Assembly (NCBI RefSeq): GCF_009914755.1
Contig: NC_060933.1
From: the human T2T-CHM13v2.0 reference genome, Homo sapiens
Reading direction: 5' to 3' (one strand)
Length of the DNA: 64,000 nt
Part shown: piece by piece, positions 1 through 12,215 of the stretch
How positions within the stretch are numbered: the stretch's first letter is position 1
Layout of the letters: each line of letters opens with the position of its first letter
The notes under the pieces: model-generated
Told to the model about the DNA's origin: nothing
The model's database searches: none
Seen by the model: the letters and a program-made list of their open reading frames with translations, nothing else
Program-made: the position numbers and the translations under genes

Positions 1-1459
1 TTCTCTCAAACTCCTTGTACCTTTCCATGATAACCCCAATTTCCCTGGCAATTATTTTATCTACTTATTTCTTTTTTTTTTTTTCTCTGAGAAAGTAAAC
101 CCCAAAGGAGAAGGGATCGCACCTGTGTTATTCGCTGCAGTATCCCAGAAGCACAGTGCTTCACAGGCAATATGTGCTTAATAAATATACGCCGAATGAC
201 TGAACTGCAACCAAGGACACTGTATACTTGCTTTACAGACCTAGTGTAAGGATGAAACAAGGTGACACATCAAGGCATTGATATAGTATGTTTTCCACGA
301 TTCCCTGGGAGGGGAAGCCGGGATTGACATCCTTCTGTACCTTTTTCAGGACGTAGGATTCAGAGTGTTTGTAAGAGACCAGGCAGATACCGCGCAGAAT
401 TTCTTACATGGATCACCTACAGGCACTAACATATTCCCGAGGAATATAAACAATGCTGAATTCAGGGCGTTTTTCAAGATGACACAGGTCTCAAGAACAC
501 AACCTCTGTTACTCTGTTCCCTCTTATCCATCATCTCATGCCCGAGTCACATCTTTGTTGTTGGTGCCTGGCGGCTATTCTGCAGAATACCTTGGGGGAA
601 GGTCTGCAATGTGCCCAAAGAAGCCTTTTGTGTGTGTTGAGAGTGACAGTCGCCTCTGGATGATCTCACTTTTCTCCTTTTGTTTCAACTAGATTTGTTC
701 TTTCTGTTGAAGACTAATCTCACATGCTCCCTCTTATTCCTTCTTCCTTTCGGAGCGCATCAATTACTCCAAATGCATAAGAAACAAATGTGGTTCAAGA
801 GCAAACAGTTCAAAGGGACTTGGGGGAACCTCAGGCCACTACATCAAACTGAAAGATGCAAACACTCCTTCGCTTTAAAAAATGTTGGCAAGTTCTGTGT
901 TCTATAGTTCAGCCAAAATATCAGTCTAAAGATAACCATGCTGGAACTAGCAAAACTAAGCCACTGATCACCTTATCATTAAGTCTGGCCATTTTACTTT
1001 CCTCTATAAACAAATGATAATCCATGGATATGTTTTAAAGCTGATTATGGGCATTACACAAATGAAACCCCCTTTCCCAATTAGACTGTTATATTGGAAT
1101 GTTTTTTTTGTTTCATTTATTTGCTTGCTTTTCAGTTATTCAGAGAAATGAGCATGGTACAGTTTGCATATAAGCCTATTGAATTTGCAATATTAAGGAT
1201 ACCACCTTAAATTATATTACAAGATGCCTAAAATCAGTGTTGGTCTCTAAATGATACCAACCACTATAGCCTGTGTTCTTTCTAAAGCACAAAGACCTTT
1301 CTGGACTCTCTGGGGGAAATATCCAGGCCCTGCAGGTGCAGTTCTGAAAAAATCAGAAACCTCAGGGGCAAGGACAGAACTCTATCTTTTGGGCATGCAC
1401 TGGGGCTGGGAGCCTCTAGAATTGTGTTATTTCTCTCATCTTGTGTCTTTGACCACAGT

Positions 1460-2160
1460 GTAGTCCAGTTTCTTGGCTGCAAGTAAAAGAATCTACCTCT
1501 AAGAAGCTTAACATGAAAGATAATTTGTTGGAAGAATCTCACATAATCTAAAGAAGAGCTGAATGATTCAGTCTTAGGAAGGGTGAGGATCCCACTGGGT
1601 TTAAGGAAATATTGGAACCAACGCCTCAGGACCAGTTATGTAATTTGCAGTGTCCTTTGTTTGAAAATGATTGAGAGCTTCAAGATGGCCACAGCAGAAC
1701 ATTAAACCAAGTACGGGACCTTATGAGACTGCATGGGCCACATGCCCATGAAGCTGGCCCTGCAAGGAGTTGGGCCCATTGACCTCTCTGTGCCTTTCAC
1801 CTCTGCTTCTCTTTCCTTCACTCTCTCCTATGGTAAAGCAATTCTTCCACATTGCAGAGGACACAACCACTGACAGATTCCAAGTTAAGACTTTGGGGAT
1901 TTTATCATCAGAAAAGACGGACTTTTCCCTGTTCTAGTTAGATGCCCATAAATCCCATGAACAGGCTCTGATTGGTCTCACTTGGGTTGGGTTCCCACCT
2001 ATGAGCCATCAGACATGGCTTATAACATATGGGAGCTTCCATTTGAACCTCATGGATGGAGCTGGTCGGGGGGAAGTGGGGGCTGGGTAGGAAGAGCAGG
2101 TACCAAAAGAAGCACATGCTCTTCCTTATAAGAACAGGGTAATGCTGAGCAGACAGAACA
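1460..2160 (-). mobile_element. Old MaLR LTR (MLT1J/K-like), interrupted by MER45A
   Basis: tgtagtcc...tttcttggctgcaagtaaaagaa start and ctctgattggtctcacttggg motif resemble MLT1J/K. Edges approximate. Confidence 0.5.
1627..1762 (-). mobile_element. MER45A (hAT-Tip100 MITE)
   Basis: Ends caggaccagtt...catgaagctggccctg and internal ttcaagatggccacagcagaacattaaaccaag match the reverse of the MER45A consensus. Confidence 0.75.
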
Positions 2161-2823
2161 ACAGATGGACATTAGACAGGTCCATTAGTGCTGACTCTAT
2201 AGGAGAGAGGAAGCATTTTGAACTCCCTTCAGTTTTGCCAACTGAATAGGCCACAGATCCTGCTATAGTTACAGGCCTCCACTAGCTCATTCATTAGTGC
2301 CAGGTCCATCTTATTATTTGCTAAAATATCCCTTCACCTCTGTGTAGATAGAATTGGTATCTCACTTGCAGACACTCTTGTGTTTACAAACTGTGGGTTA
2401 CAACACATTAGTGAGTGATGAAGTTGGTTTAGTGAGTTACAAACAACATCAAAAAAATAGAACAGCAGATAATTGAAGAGAAAGTATCATCTGTAAGGGG
2501 AAGTACTATTACTTCATAAAGTTGTTTATAAAGTTGTAAAAAGTTTACTTCATAAAGTTGTAAAACTAAATATAGTATATATATGATAAAGGAATACCAG
2601 GTCATTCTGGGTTTGCAATATGACATATTTTCTTGCTTGGATTATGGTAAAAAATAAAGACAGTCTGACATATACTATAGAACATAGTGTTTTGATATCT
2701 TATGTTATAGGCTCATGAGCCATGAGAATAATTCAACAGCAAAAACATTTTCATACTGGTTGGTTCTCTGTGAGATCAGTATGTGGGGATAAAGTAGATG
2801 AATCTTGGAATAATAATCTATAG

Positions 2824-3082
2824 CAGTGCTGTCTAATTATATATGTACTTTTAAATTTTTAGTAACATTAAAAAGCAAAGAAGTGAATTTTAATAATATA
2901 TTTATATTAACCCAATATATCCAAAGTGTTACCGTTTCAACATGTAACCAATATTATCATTTATGAATGAGTTGTTTTACACTTTTTGTACTGTATTTTA
3001 TATTTACAGCACATGTCAATTAGAGCTCATAACATTCCCAGTGCTCAGTAACTACATGTGGCCATCATAGTGGACAGCACAG
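2824..3082 (+). mobile_element. MER33 (hAT-Charlie MITE)
   Basis: Terminal inverted repeats cagtgctgtctaat / tggacagcacag; internal ttaacccaatatatccaaa and tttacagcacatgtcaatt. Confidence 0.8.
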
Positions 3083-3249
3083 AGCTAGACAGTTTAATGG
3101 AAAAGGAAAGATATGGAGGCTAAAATATTTGATGGTTGAATTATTATCCCAATTGAATTAATTAGGTTAAAAAGAGGTATTATTAATTAGGTATTATATT
3201 ATAAGGTAGAAAGGATTTAAAATGGGACAACCCAACATCAAATCTTAAC

Positions 3250-4990
3250 AGTCCACTTAGTAGCAGTAAGACCTTGGACAAGTTGCTTGACATTAGTTTT
3301 CCCATATGAAAAATGGGGCTAATAATATATATTTTGTACATTTTTGTGAGTATTAAAGCTAATGTTAGTCAATATAATGTCATTATCATCATTGCTATTA
3401 TTACTAATTTTATTGTTACTTACCCTACTAGTAGAGATGAAGTCTTAAAGGATACCAGCCTGCCCTGGACACCTAAGTGTACATATAGCCATTTAACAAC
3501 ACTCCTCATGTAGTGGTTACAGTATGCCACAGGCTGCTCACACGCTATACCAGCATAAAAATTGGCTCCTCCAGTTCAAAACTCTTTGAGGACTGATTAC
3601 AGACCTTCCATTGCAGACTTGAGAAATGCAGTAACCAACATCACTGGCCCATCAGGCACTCTTATGGATTCCTCACTTACATTCTCCTGAGTAATTCCTT
3701 GATAGTCATTTAGAAAGGAGCTCCCAGTGTGAAAACTCTTAGCTGTATTTCCCTATGTGAGTGTGTGGTTAGGAGGTAGGAAAGGGTAATGGAGAGAGCA
3801 TAGGAGGTAAATAGTTGGTTCCAGCCTCAGCTCTTTACCTTATTAGCTGTGAGCCTTTGAGTGAAGCCATTGCTGTACCAGCCTCAACATCCTCATCTGT
3901 GAAATGGTGATAATACCTACACATGCTTCATCTACCGATGTGTTATTGTAAGAGTCAGATGAGGTAGCGTATATAGAAATGTTATGTAAGAGGTGAAATC
4001 TTGTCACAGGAATATTGAATGGTTACACAGACAGTATTAGGAAGATGGTACCACTTCACTGAAATAATTCAGGTGTACAAGCAGAACCATTCTACTCTGT
4101 GCTGTAGAGGAGGTAACATTATGCTAGATCTGGAGTTTTAGTCAATGTGAACTTGAGTTCCCATTGTTCTACCTTTCATAAACTATGTAGCTCAGCATTA
4201 TTATGGGACTCAACACCATTGTTTTGATTTTCTCTGTAAATGATTCTTAGTAATTTCCATGGAAAACACTGTTTGTTACTTTTCTGTTCATCACTGTGGA
4301 TTGATGTGGACTGTAGGACATTCACTGAAGCAAGTAAATTAAAAGGGTTGACTAACTGTTTTGGAAGAAACCAGGAGCCTTGATGGCACCTCTATTTCAG
4401 CATGTCATTTTTTTCCCTCAAAAGTTTTTAGATAAAGAAATATTGAGTAGGTCACATGTAAAAATAACTGACATTGGAAAATCAAACCAACGGAAATGGA
4501 AATGAGACCTGAGGTTCATATAAGGCTTCATTTTTCAAGCCAGTCAGGAGACCAGGTCACACAGCTGTTCTAGAAGCTATACAGGTGGTCCTTGACATTT
4601 GGTTGGAAGCTCTCACCTTTCTGTAGCATTGCCGGTCACCATATTTAATATCTAAGCGTACTGACGTTAGCCACAGTTTAGACTGTGGAACTACTAGCTC
4701 GAGTTTAAACTGTTTTTGAGCATCAGGTTTGTCATCTGTTTGGTTTTCTTTTGTAATACTGAAATGGTGTTTAATGAATTTTGGCATGTATGGTTTTAAA
4801 TCAAAGTTTTGCTATTTAACAACTTTGTGACCTTGGGCAGAGTTACTTATCTGAATCTTTTCACTCATCTGTAAAACAAGGATGATGATTACTAACTCAT
4901 AACATCACTTTCAGGATTAAATGAGATAGATTATAAGAAGAAGGGTGCTCAATGCCTATCACATAGTAGGTACAGGAATGGTAGAGATTA
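3250..4990 (+). mobile_element. Cluster of MIR fragments (about 3250-3370, 3815-3990, 4810-4985)
   Basis: MIR core motifs such as gaccttgg(g/a)caagtt, cctcatctgtgaaatgg and ggattaaatgagata. Confidence 0.6.
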
Positions 4991-5064
4991 TAATTATTGC
5001 CTACTTTAGGCTTGCTTAAAAACTCAAGTAGACTGTATGCATACATGCACACAGATATACTCAG

Positions 5065-6240
5065 CTATTTATTTGTTTTCTCAACAAATAATTATTGAGG
5101 ATCTACTATGTGAGAAGAATATAATACTGACCTAAAGTGGATACTTTTCTTGTTGTCCCTGTTCTCCTGGAGCTTACAGTTTTGATGGGAAGATGGACAT
5201 TAACCAAATTATCATGTCCATAGATGTAAAGGAGCACCTGCCTTGAGTGTTACAGATGAGAAGTACATGGTACCAGGAGAGTTTGGACAACAGAAAACTT
5301 TTACTGGGGAAATGATGACTGATTTACAATCTCAAGAAGCAGAAGAAGTTAACTAGATGTTCTGGGAAGGAATGAGTGTTCCAGGTAGAAGAAACTCCAT
5401 GTGCAAAGAGGCCCTAGGGCAGGAGGAACAAAACAAGTAGGAGGAACTGAAAGAATGCCAGTGTGACTGGAGTAGGGAGGTCAAGGGAGAGCATATGGAG
5501 CATACTGGAGTAGGGAGGTCAAGGGAGAGCATGGTATTGGACGAAGTGATAAGATGGTTTGACCATTCCCCATACACTGAAGAAAAGACAACATTTACTC
5601 AATTATTCTTTATAGGGCATCATTTATTCAATCATGTTTTAACATGTAAAGCATTGGGACATTCAGAGATGGTCTTTGCTCAGAAAGCTTGCTGATCAGT
5701 GAGTGAATTGAGGCATTAAAGAATTATAATTAATAATACAAGATGGACAACAAAACATGTCATCAGAGAGGTAAGGGAAAAGAACTATAAGAACTCAGAG
5801 AATTGAGAAATTACTTCTTGCTGGGAACAATAGAGGAAGACTTTTTTCTTTCTTCAAGAAGTATTTGATCCTGAGGGAGAAAAGGGAACAAGTACCATAA
5901 TCACAGAAGTGGGAAAGAGTACAGGTGTAGATATTAGCAAGTTGCTTATAATGGCTGAAGTACTTGAGCAAAGTAGCAGAAGATGAGCTAGACAGAACCA
6001 GATGAAGCAGGGTTTTGAATGTTTGGCTAAGACATTTAGTCTCTACCCAGTAGGGAAAGCACACGTTTTATCAAAAGAACAACTTAATCACAATTATATT
6101 TTGGAGAGATTAATCTGGCATTATGGGTAGATTGAATAGGACAAGAGACCAGTATCTGGGAGAGCAGCTAGGAAACAATGACATCTACAAATGCTTGTCT
6201 AGAAGAGCCTGAGCTGGGATGCAAGAGGCACTAGAAGTAA
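5065..6240 (-). mobile_element. L2 fragments
   Basis: ttctcaacaaataattattgaggatctactatgtg (reverse of the L2 3' end), cctggagcttacagttt, gttccaggtagaagaaactccatgtgcaaag. Confidence 0.65.
5466..5532. repeat. Perfect 29-bp direct duplication with 9-bp filler
   Basis: actggagtagggaggtcaagggagagcat at 5466-5494 and 5504-5532. Confidence 0.9.
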
Positions 6241-6249
6241 AATGTGGAG

Positions 6250-6726
6250 TGTATTAATTATTTTGCAAGAGCTGTTGTAATGAAGCAGCACAAACGGGGT
6301 GGCTTAAACAACAGACATTTATTGTCCCCTAGTTCGGGAGGCTAGAAGTCTGAAATCAAGGAGTTGGCAGGGTCATGCTCCCTTTGAAACCTGTAGGGCA
6401 ACCCTTGCTTGCCTCTTCCTAGCTCCTGGTGGTTTGTGGTCATCTTTGGCCTTCCTGACTTGCAGATGCATAAATCCATTCTCTGCCTTCATCATCACAT
6501 GGTGCTCTCCCTGAGTGTCTGTCTTTGTGTGATAGATGGCTTCTGACAAGGATGCCAGTCATACTGGATTCGGGGTTCACTCTTGCTGCAATATGACTGC
6601 ATCTCAGCTCAACCAAACATGTCTGCAATGACCCTATTTCCAAACCAGAACACATTCTGAGGTATTGAGAATTAGGACCTCAGAACCTCAATATCTTTTT
6701 TGGGGGACACAATCCAACCCATAACA
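6250..6726 (-). mobile_element. MLT1B/C solo LTR (ERVL-MaLR)
   Basis: tg...ca ends; ggtggcttaaacaacagacatttattg, gaccctatttccaaa, gggggacacaatccaacccataaca. Confidence 0.8.
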
Positions 6727-7090
6727 CCTAGGCTGAAGTCTTATTGGACAGAAGGACAGAGGGAAGGAGCTCAGAGGAGGCCCCAGATGTGCGTGCATTG
6801 GCTTCCCTGGCCAGCTAGCCCTAAGCTTTCATGTTGCAGGAAGCCACCTATACTGTGTGAGAAGAGGGGCATCTCTATAAAGGCTCCAGGGCTCTCTCAT
6901 GATGTTGCCTTCTCATCCAACACGTCCTGAAATTCTACCAACTCCCACAGCCGCATGGGGAGGAATTGTCCTCAGATACCCTGGAGGAAATGTCAGGGCA
7001 ATTTCTCACAATTTTAGACTTGGTTTTTGCCTTTTGTGAGAAAGAAAAAAGATGGCTTTTGCAGTATTTTGTAACAACTCGCATCAATAG

Positions 7091-7103
7091 CCACTAGATG
7101 GCA
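7091..7103 (+). promoter_or_regulatory. Candidate CTCF site
   Basis: CCACTAGATGGCA matches the CTCF core CCASYAGRKGGCR at every position and lies in non-repetitive sequence. Confidence 0.6.
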
Positions 7104-8891
7104 ATCTTCACACATTTCCATGCTTTCTCCGCTTTCTTCAAACCCGAATCCTCAAAGCCTGGAGGCAACTCCTCTCTGCACAGGGAATAGAGGTGAGTGA
7201 GGAGTCCCATTTCCTGTGATCCCCCACAGACTTTAGTGCATGGGAGTCTAAAAAAATGGAAGGAAGACTGTCTCTCACAATAGTCCTAATCAGTTTTAGC
7301 ACCGTTCATACCTTTTAGTTGCATAGTAAATAGCATTTCATAAATATTCATGAGTTTGCCGAATTTAACCAGGGGAAAAGCAAGAACTCTTAACAGTATG
7401 TGGTCTTGGGTGTAATTTATGCCCAAGTATCTCTGGCATATAAAAGCGGGGACTCTTATTCCGAGAGGTCTGTTTACTTGGTCGTTAGCAAGGGTGAAGG
7501 AGACACTTGCTGAAATTAGTTTTCCTTCTCTCAGAATCCTAATTTGTGTTATTTATAGTAGCCAGAAAGCAACAGAGAAGCAGCCCTAATCTTGTGATGA
7601 TACGGAGGGAGGGGAAAACAAGACCAGAGAATTGTAGGTCTTGGGCCTGTTCACACAGGAGCCTAACTTCGAAATACAATTGACTACATGCAAAGACCAA
7701 GTTACCATTGTTTCCGTAAAGATCTGTTTTAAGTGCAGTCTAATGGTTTGTATAAAGCATCTTCACTTTTTCCCACTCAGACACTGAGCTAGAGGAAAGA
7801 AAGAACACAACACTACAAAAGTTAGTTAAACCAGCAATTTGAAAAGTAGAAAATTCCAGAATCATGCATTTCTCATTTTGAAATAAAAAATTATTTGGTT
7901 CTATAACATACGTAAGCAATACATAAAAGAGTGTTTATCTCGGAGTTAGAAGATGCTTGTAATGATAAGATGCTCCTGCTTTTTTCGAGATGGGACCAAG
8001 ATGGGCCTAAGAGGGTGGGTGCACCAACTGTAATTTCTTGTCTATGCTTATTATTCACCAAATATATGTATTTTTTCTGCGTGCATGGTTCTATAATCAG
8101 GGAAGGAGAGAACATTTGTCAAGCCAGGTGTTCGCCATAAACGATCTCATTAAATATATTTCACACTTTCAGTCAGGCCCTATTATTATTCCCGGGTTTG
8201 GAGGAAGATCTGAAGTTTTGGAAGTTGCACAGCTTGCGTAGACACACAGTGGTGGAGCTGGGAGTCAAATCCTGGTATGTTGCTCCCAGAGCTGAAATTC
8301 TTCTGTATTCTAGACTGCCTTCCATATAAGACTAGAAAAGATGTCCCTGCCTTTGAGGAGGTGGTAGGGAAGCTACAAGCCCGAGCACAGGAAAAGTAAA
8401 GGCCTATAATTTACTTGTGGGTTTACCTGTGACTGGATAACAAGCGGGCCAAAGAAAGCAGCCACCTGTAATTTTAGAATCCCTCGGGAAGGGGCCCTAT
8501 TAACAGGGCATACAATTCTGTCAATCCAGTATGATTGGGTGCAGTGTCTTCGAAGGGCAAGGCCAAATTGCATTGCTTACAATTTCACGCCTCAGTGTTT
8601 TACTCTGGTTTTGCCTGGAGGCTTCTTCCGCTACAGGGGTTACCTCCTCCAGGAAGCCTGCTTTGATTCCTTCTAGCTCTTCCATGTGTGAATTATGGCC
8701 TTGTTTGTGTCACGGCTTACCTTATGTCTTCATTTATTGCTGCCCCTGTGGCGGTGTGGAATTGGGTATTTTTCACAAGTCTCTCTTGAGCTCCTATGAG
8801 CTCTCTGCCTGTGAGCTCTGTATTCATCTCTGCATTGGCTGCACCCAGCATGGGACATGGTACGTGGGAATTCAACACGTTTGCTAATGGA

Positions 8892-9045
8892 TGGATGGGA
8901 GAAAGGAAGAGAAAGAAAAGGAAGGAAGGGAAGGAGGGAGAAAGAGAGAAAGAAAGGGAAGGAATGAAGGAAAGGAAGGAAAAGAAAGACAAGGAAGAAA
9001 AGGGAAAGAAAGACAGGAAGAAAGGAAGCAAAAGAAAGAACGAAT
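8892..9045. repeat. GA-rich low-complexity purine tract following an L2 3' end
   Basis: About 150 nt of almost pure A/G (gaaaggaagagaaagaaaaggaaggaaggg...). Confidence 0.9.
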
Positions 9046-12000
9046 GAATTTGGAAATTGTTCTTGTAGCAAGACAGATGAAGATGAGGTCTTTCTCAGAC
9101 TGGCTTCCCTTTCTTCAGGCCTAATTTTACTCCATGTCATAAAAGAATACATGGACAACTTTGTGCTTCTTCGGGTTTTCAGAACATACTACCTGGATAG
9201 GTTCCATCTGATCTTATGCTTGGCTTAAATATTAAACTTAATTACTTAGGCTATTCTAAGGAAAGCACTCAGCTGTCAAGGTGGCTCTTGATATACACGA
9301 GTTTTCAATTTAAAGCAATCTACAGTCATTAACTCTCCTTGCCTCCCCATAACTTTCATCAGGTTGAAGAGCAGACAGTGACATTTTAAATGGAAAAGAG
9401 AAGGGGTAGGAATGAGAAAGGGGCAGGAGGGTGTTGGGATGTGGGCTAGCTGTCAAGAGCAGAAAATACTGCATTAAAACTGCCCTCCCCCACTGCCCTA
9501 ACCATTCCCTTTGAGTTTTTAATATGAATTAAAGATAAACTGGTCAGAAAAAACTGACTGGCATTGAAGCTTCTCAATGTGACTTGTGGGATTCCCTTTG
9601 GCTTTCAATGTATAGTTGACTAACCCTTCCCTTTCCCTTTCCAAGAAGTTAACAGAGGAAAGAATGGATCTGCTGTGAGAGAACTCCATTTTCTCAATAA
9701 ATATTAATAGGTAAACAGGTAAACACATATTAATATATCATATATGCATTTTGGTGGTCCTTGGGAATCAAGTCTGGGTCCCTGGCCAGGGATGGGGAGC
9801 CCAGGCTGGAGGCCAGTCAGTCCACTGTCCTCCTCTGTGCCCCGGGACCCATATCTTCAATTAGTTAGGCCAGGAATCCTCTTAAACAATCCTACTTGAG
9901 AATCACAGCATCTCTTTGCTGGCCATGGTACATGGTCCTTTATTTTAAGGCAAAGAAACAAGTTTACAGAAGTGAAGTGATTTGTCAAAGGTCATGGAAC
10001 TGGTTCGCAGCAGTGTCAGGACAAATATGATTAACACTATCCATTCAGCACCTACTGTGTGTCAGCACTTTGATGTATGTGATCTCTATTCTTTATACCA
10101 AGCCAGAAACATAAAATATCTCAGTTTTGCAGTGTAGGGAAGTCAGGGAGGTTAAGCAATTTGTGTTCATGACATTTTGATGTGGATGTTTTGATACCAT
10201 GGTTACTTTTACTTTTGCACCTATACCATGCTCCTTAAAAACAACCATTTAAACTTCCATTTTTGAAACTACCTCATAACGAGGTTAATAGACATCTTCA
10301 CTCCATCCGTGCCCTATGGATCCATCTTTTAGTGGGTGAAGGTAAAGGCTGGGGGAGGATAGGAAAGGTCAAGAATGGACTGAAGGTCAGATGGAGGCTG
10401 GTGGTTTCAGGAATAGGGTGAAGCAAAAGATGGGGAAAGTTCAGATATGGGGTACTGTTTCCTGCTGCGCACTTCCCCTGAAAATAAAATCACTGGAGAG
10501 TTTAATGATTTACTTTTGGACTGTTTCAAAATATGCTTCTCCTTTTCCCTATCCCATGCAATCAAGGTCTCTGGGTTCCAAGGTTAGAGCTTTCACTCTA
10601 ATGTTTGGTTTCTTGCTTAGTATGTGTTTCCCTCAGTACTCAATAACAACGGAGGAGATCCCTGGATTCAGCAAGAAAATCTTGTAACAATCAAGTAAGA
10701 TACGCATTAAACTGAGGCTCAGAGAGGTTAGGTAATTTTCTCAAGGACATAGAACTGCCTCCTCCTAGTGATGGGAGAGCCAGGGTGGTCTGACTCCCAA
10801 GACCAGGGTCATTTAAGTGGACTTGATTGTACTTCTCTCTCCTTCCCAACAAGTGCAAGGGCATGGTCTCTCTCCCTGCAGGCTGGACCCCTGTCTGGAA
10901 GTGCAGAGGCTGCACACTCTCAGACAGTTGGGTTGCGGCCACTTTTCTGTGGCTGACCCCATCCCACATTCATCTGCCATGAGGGACAGTGCTGGACATT
11001 CTTCTGCCCTTCCAGATCGACTCTCCATCTTTCTTCCTCCTGCTTTGTGCCCTGGGAAGCGGACCTCTCTGCACCATATCGACAGGCTCCCTGGACCTGA
11101 GGTAGAAGATGCAAGGGTAGGAGGAGACCAAACTCAGGTATTTATTCCCTGGGTGTCTTCCAGGCAGGTCACTGTCGGATGGCTGTACCCCTGGTCAAAT
11201 GGCCAAGGCTCTTAGAAAGCCCTCTCCTATTTCTCCCTGGGTTCTAAAAATAGGTCTCTTAATTCTTCCCTTTGAACCTAGATGTGGTAATGGCTCCCTC
11301 ACTTCACCTGCCCTGGGAGACTGTAGTATCTTAACTGGTTTCCTTAAATCATACTTTTGCAAACAGTTTCTTTAAAATTCTCCTTTGATCATTGGAGTGT
11401 TCTATCTGCTCCCCACCAAGACCACTGTTTCCTCTTTCTTCCTGACTAGTTCCATTTGGTAAAAAGTGCATTATTCAAACTATCATTTAAAGGAGGCTTG
11501 CAAAAAGAAAGAAGTTATCATCTGGATATTTTAGTAATCCCTTGAAGAATTTTAGAGGTTGCTAAACTGTGGTCTGCTGCCTTGCTTTCCTGGTTTGCAA
11601 ATAACCGATGTCACAAAACTCTTGCTCTGGAGCTCTTAAATTCACTTGGGGAGTTGAAAAAAATTACATTTTTTTTTTTTTTTTTTTTTTTTTGCCGAGT
11701 CAAAAGAAAACAAAGGAAATTTATACCCTGCCATATGTTTTCCCTAATGGCACTGATTGACAATGAGTTCACTGTGGGCAGAGGCACAGGTGTGCAGGGA
11801 GGAATGTGGGGAAACATCTGAGGTCAATTTAAAATTCCTCTTTGAAAATTGCCAGAGTCTGGTCGGCAGAATTGGACCTGCAATTTCCTAAGTGACTCTG
11901 GAGAGCAGATAAAGCCCTGGAATTCAGGAAAAAAAAAAAAGTGAGTTTATCTTCCAGAGAAACTGTGGCTAGATAGCTCTGGGGCTACAAAGAGATGGAA

Positions 12001-12089
12001 GGTGAATAGGTCAAGGTTCTCACATTGGGCCAAGTATTAATGTCCAACTGCTAGAAATGGGGGAAAAAGGCACCTAGTAATTCTATTAC

Positions 12090-12215
12090 TAGGTCACCAT
12101 ATAATTTGTTGTCTAAACTAGAATTTTTTTCAGAGTGAAAGAGAGTGTTTAATTGCTCTATAGCAACAGACTTACACAGGAACTGTAACTAGCAAAATGG
12201 TATGTAAGGTAAAAA
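12090..12215 (+). mobile_element. MER94 (hAT-Blackjack MITE), degraded
   Basis: ggtcaccatataatttgttgtctaaac...cagagtgaaagagagtg matches the MER94 5' half. Confidence 0.6.

Noticed and set aside
8717-9158. Overlapping 77-142 aa ORFs on both strands
   Set aside because: Products of the GA-rich low-complexity tract, which lacks stop codons.
10691-11215. 132-aa + strand ORF and overlapping ORFs in a GC-richer patch
   Set aside because: Non-ATG start for the 132-aa ORF, no recognisable domain, no convincing splice context, partly MIR-derived.
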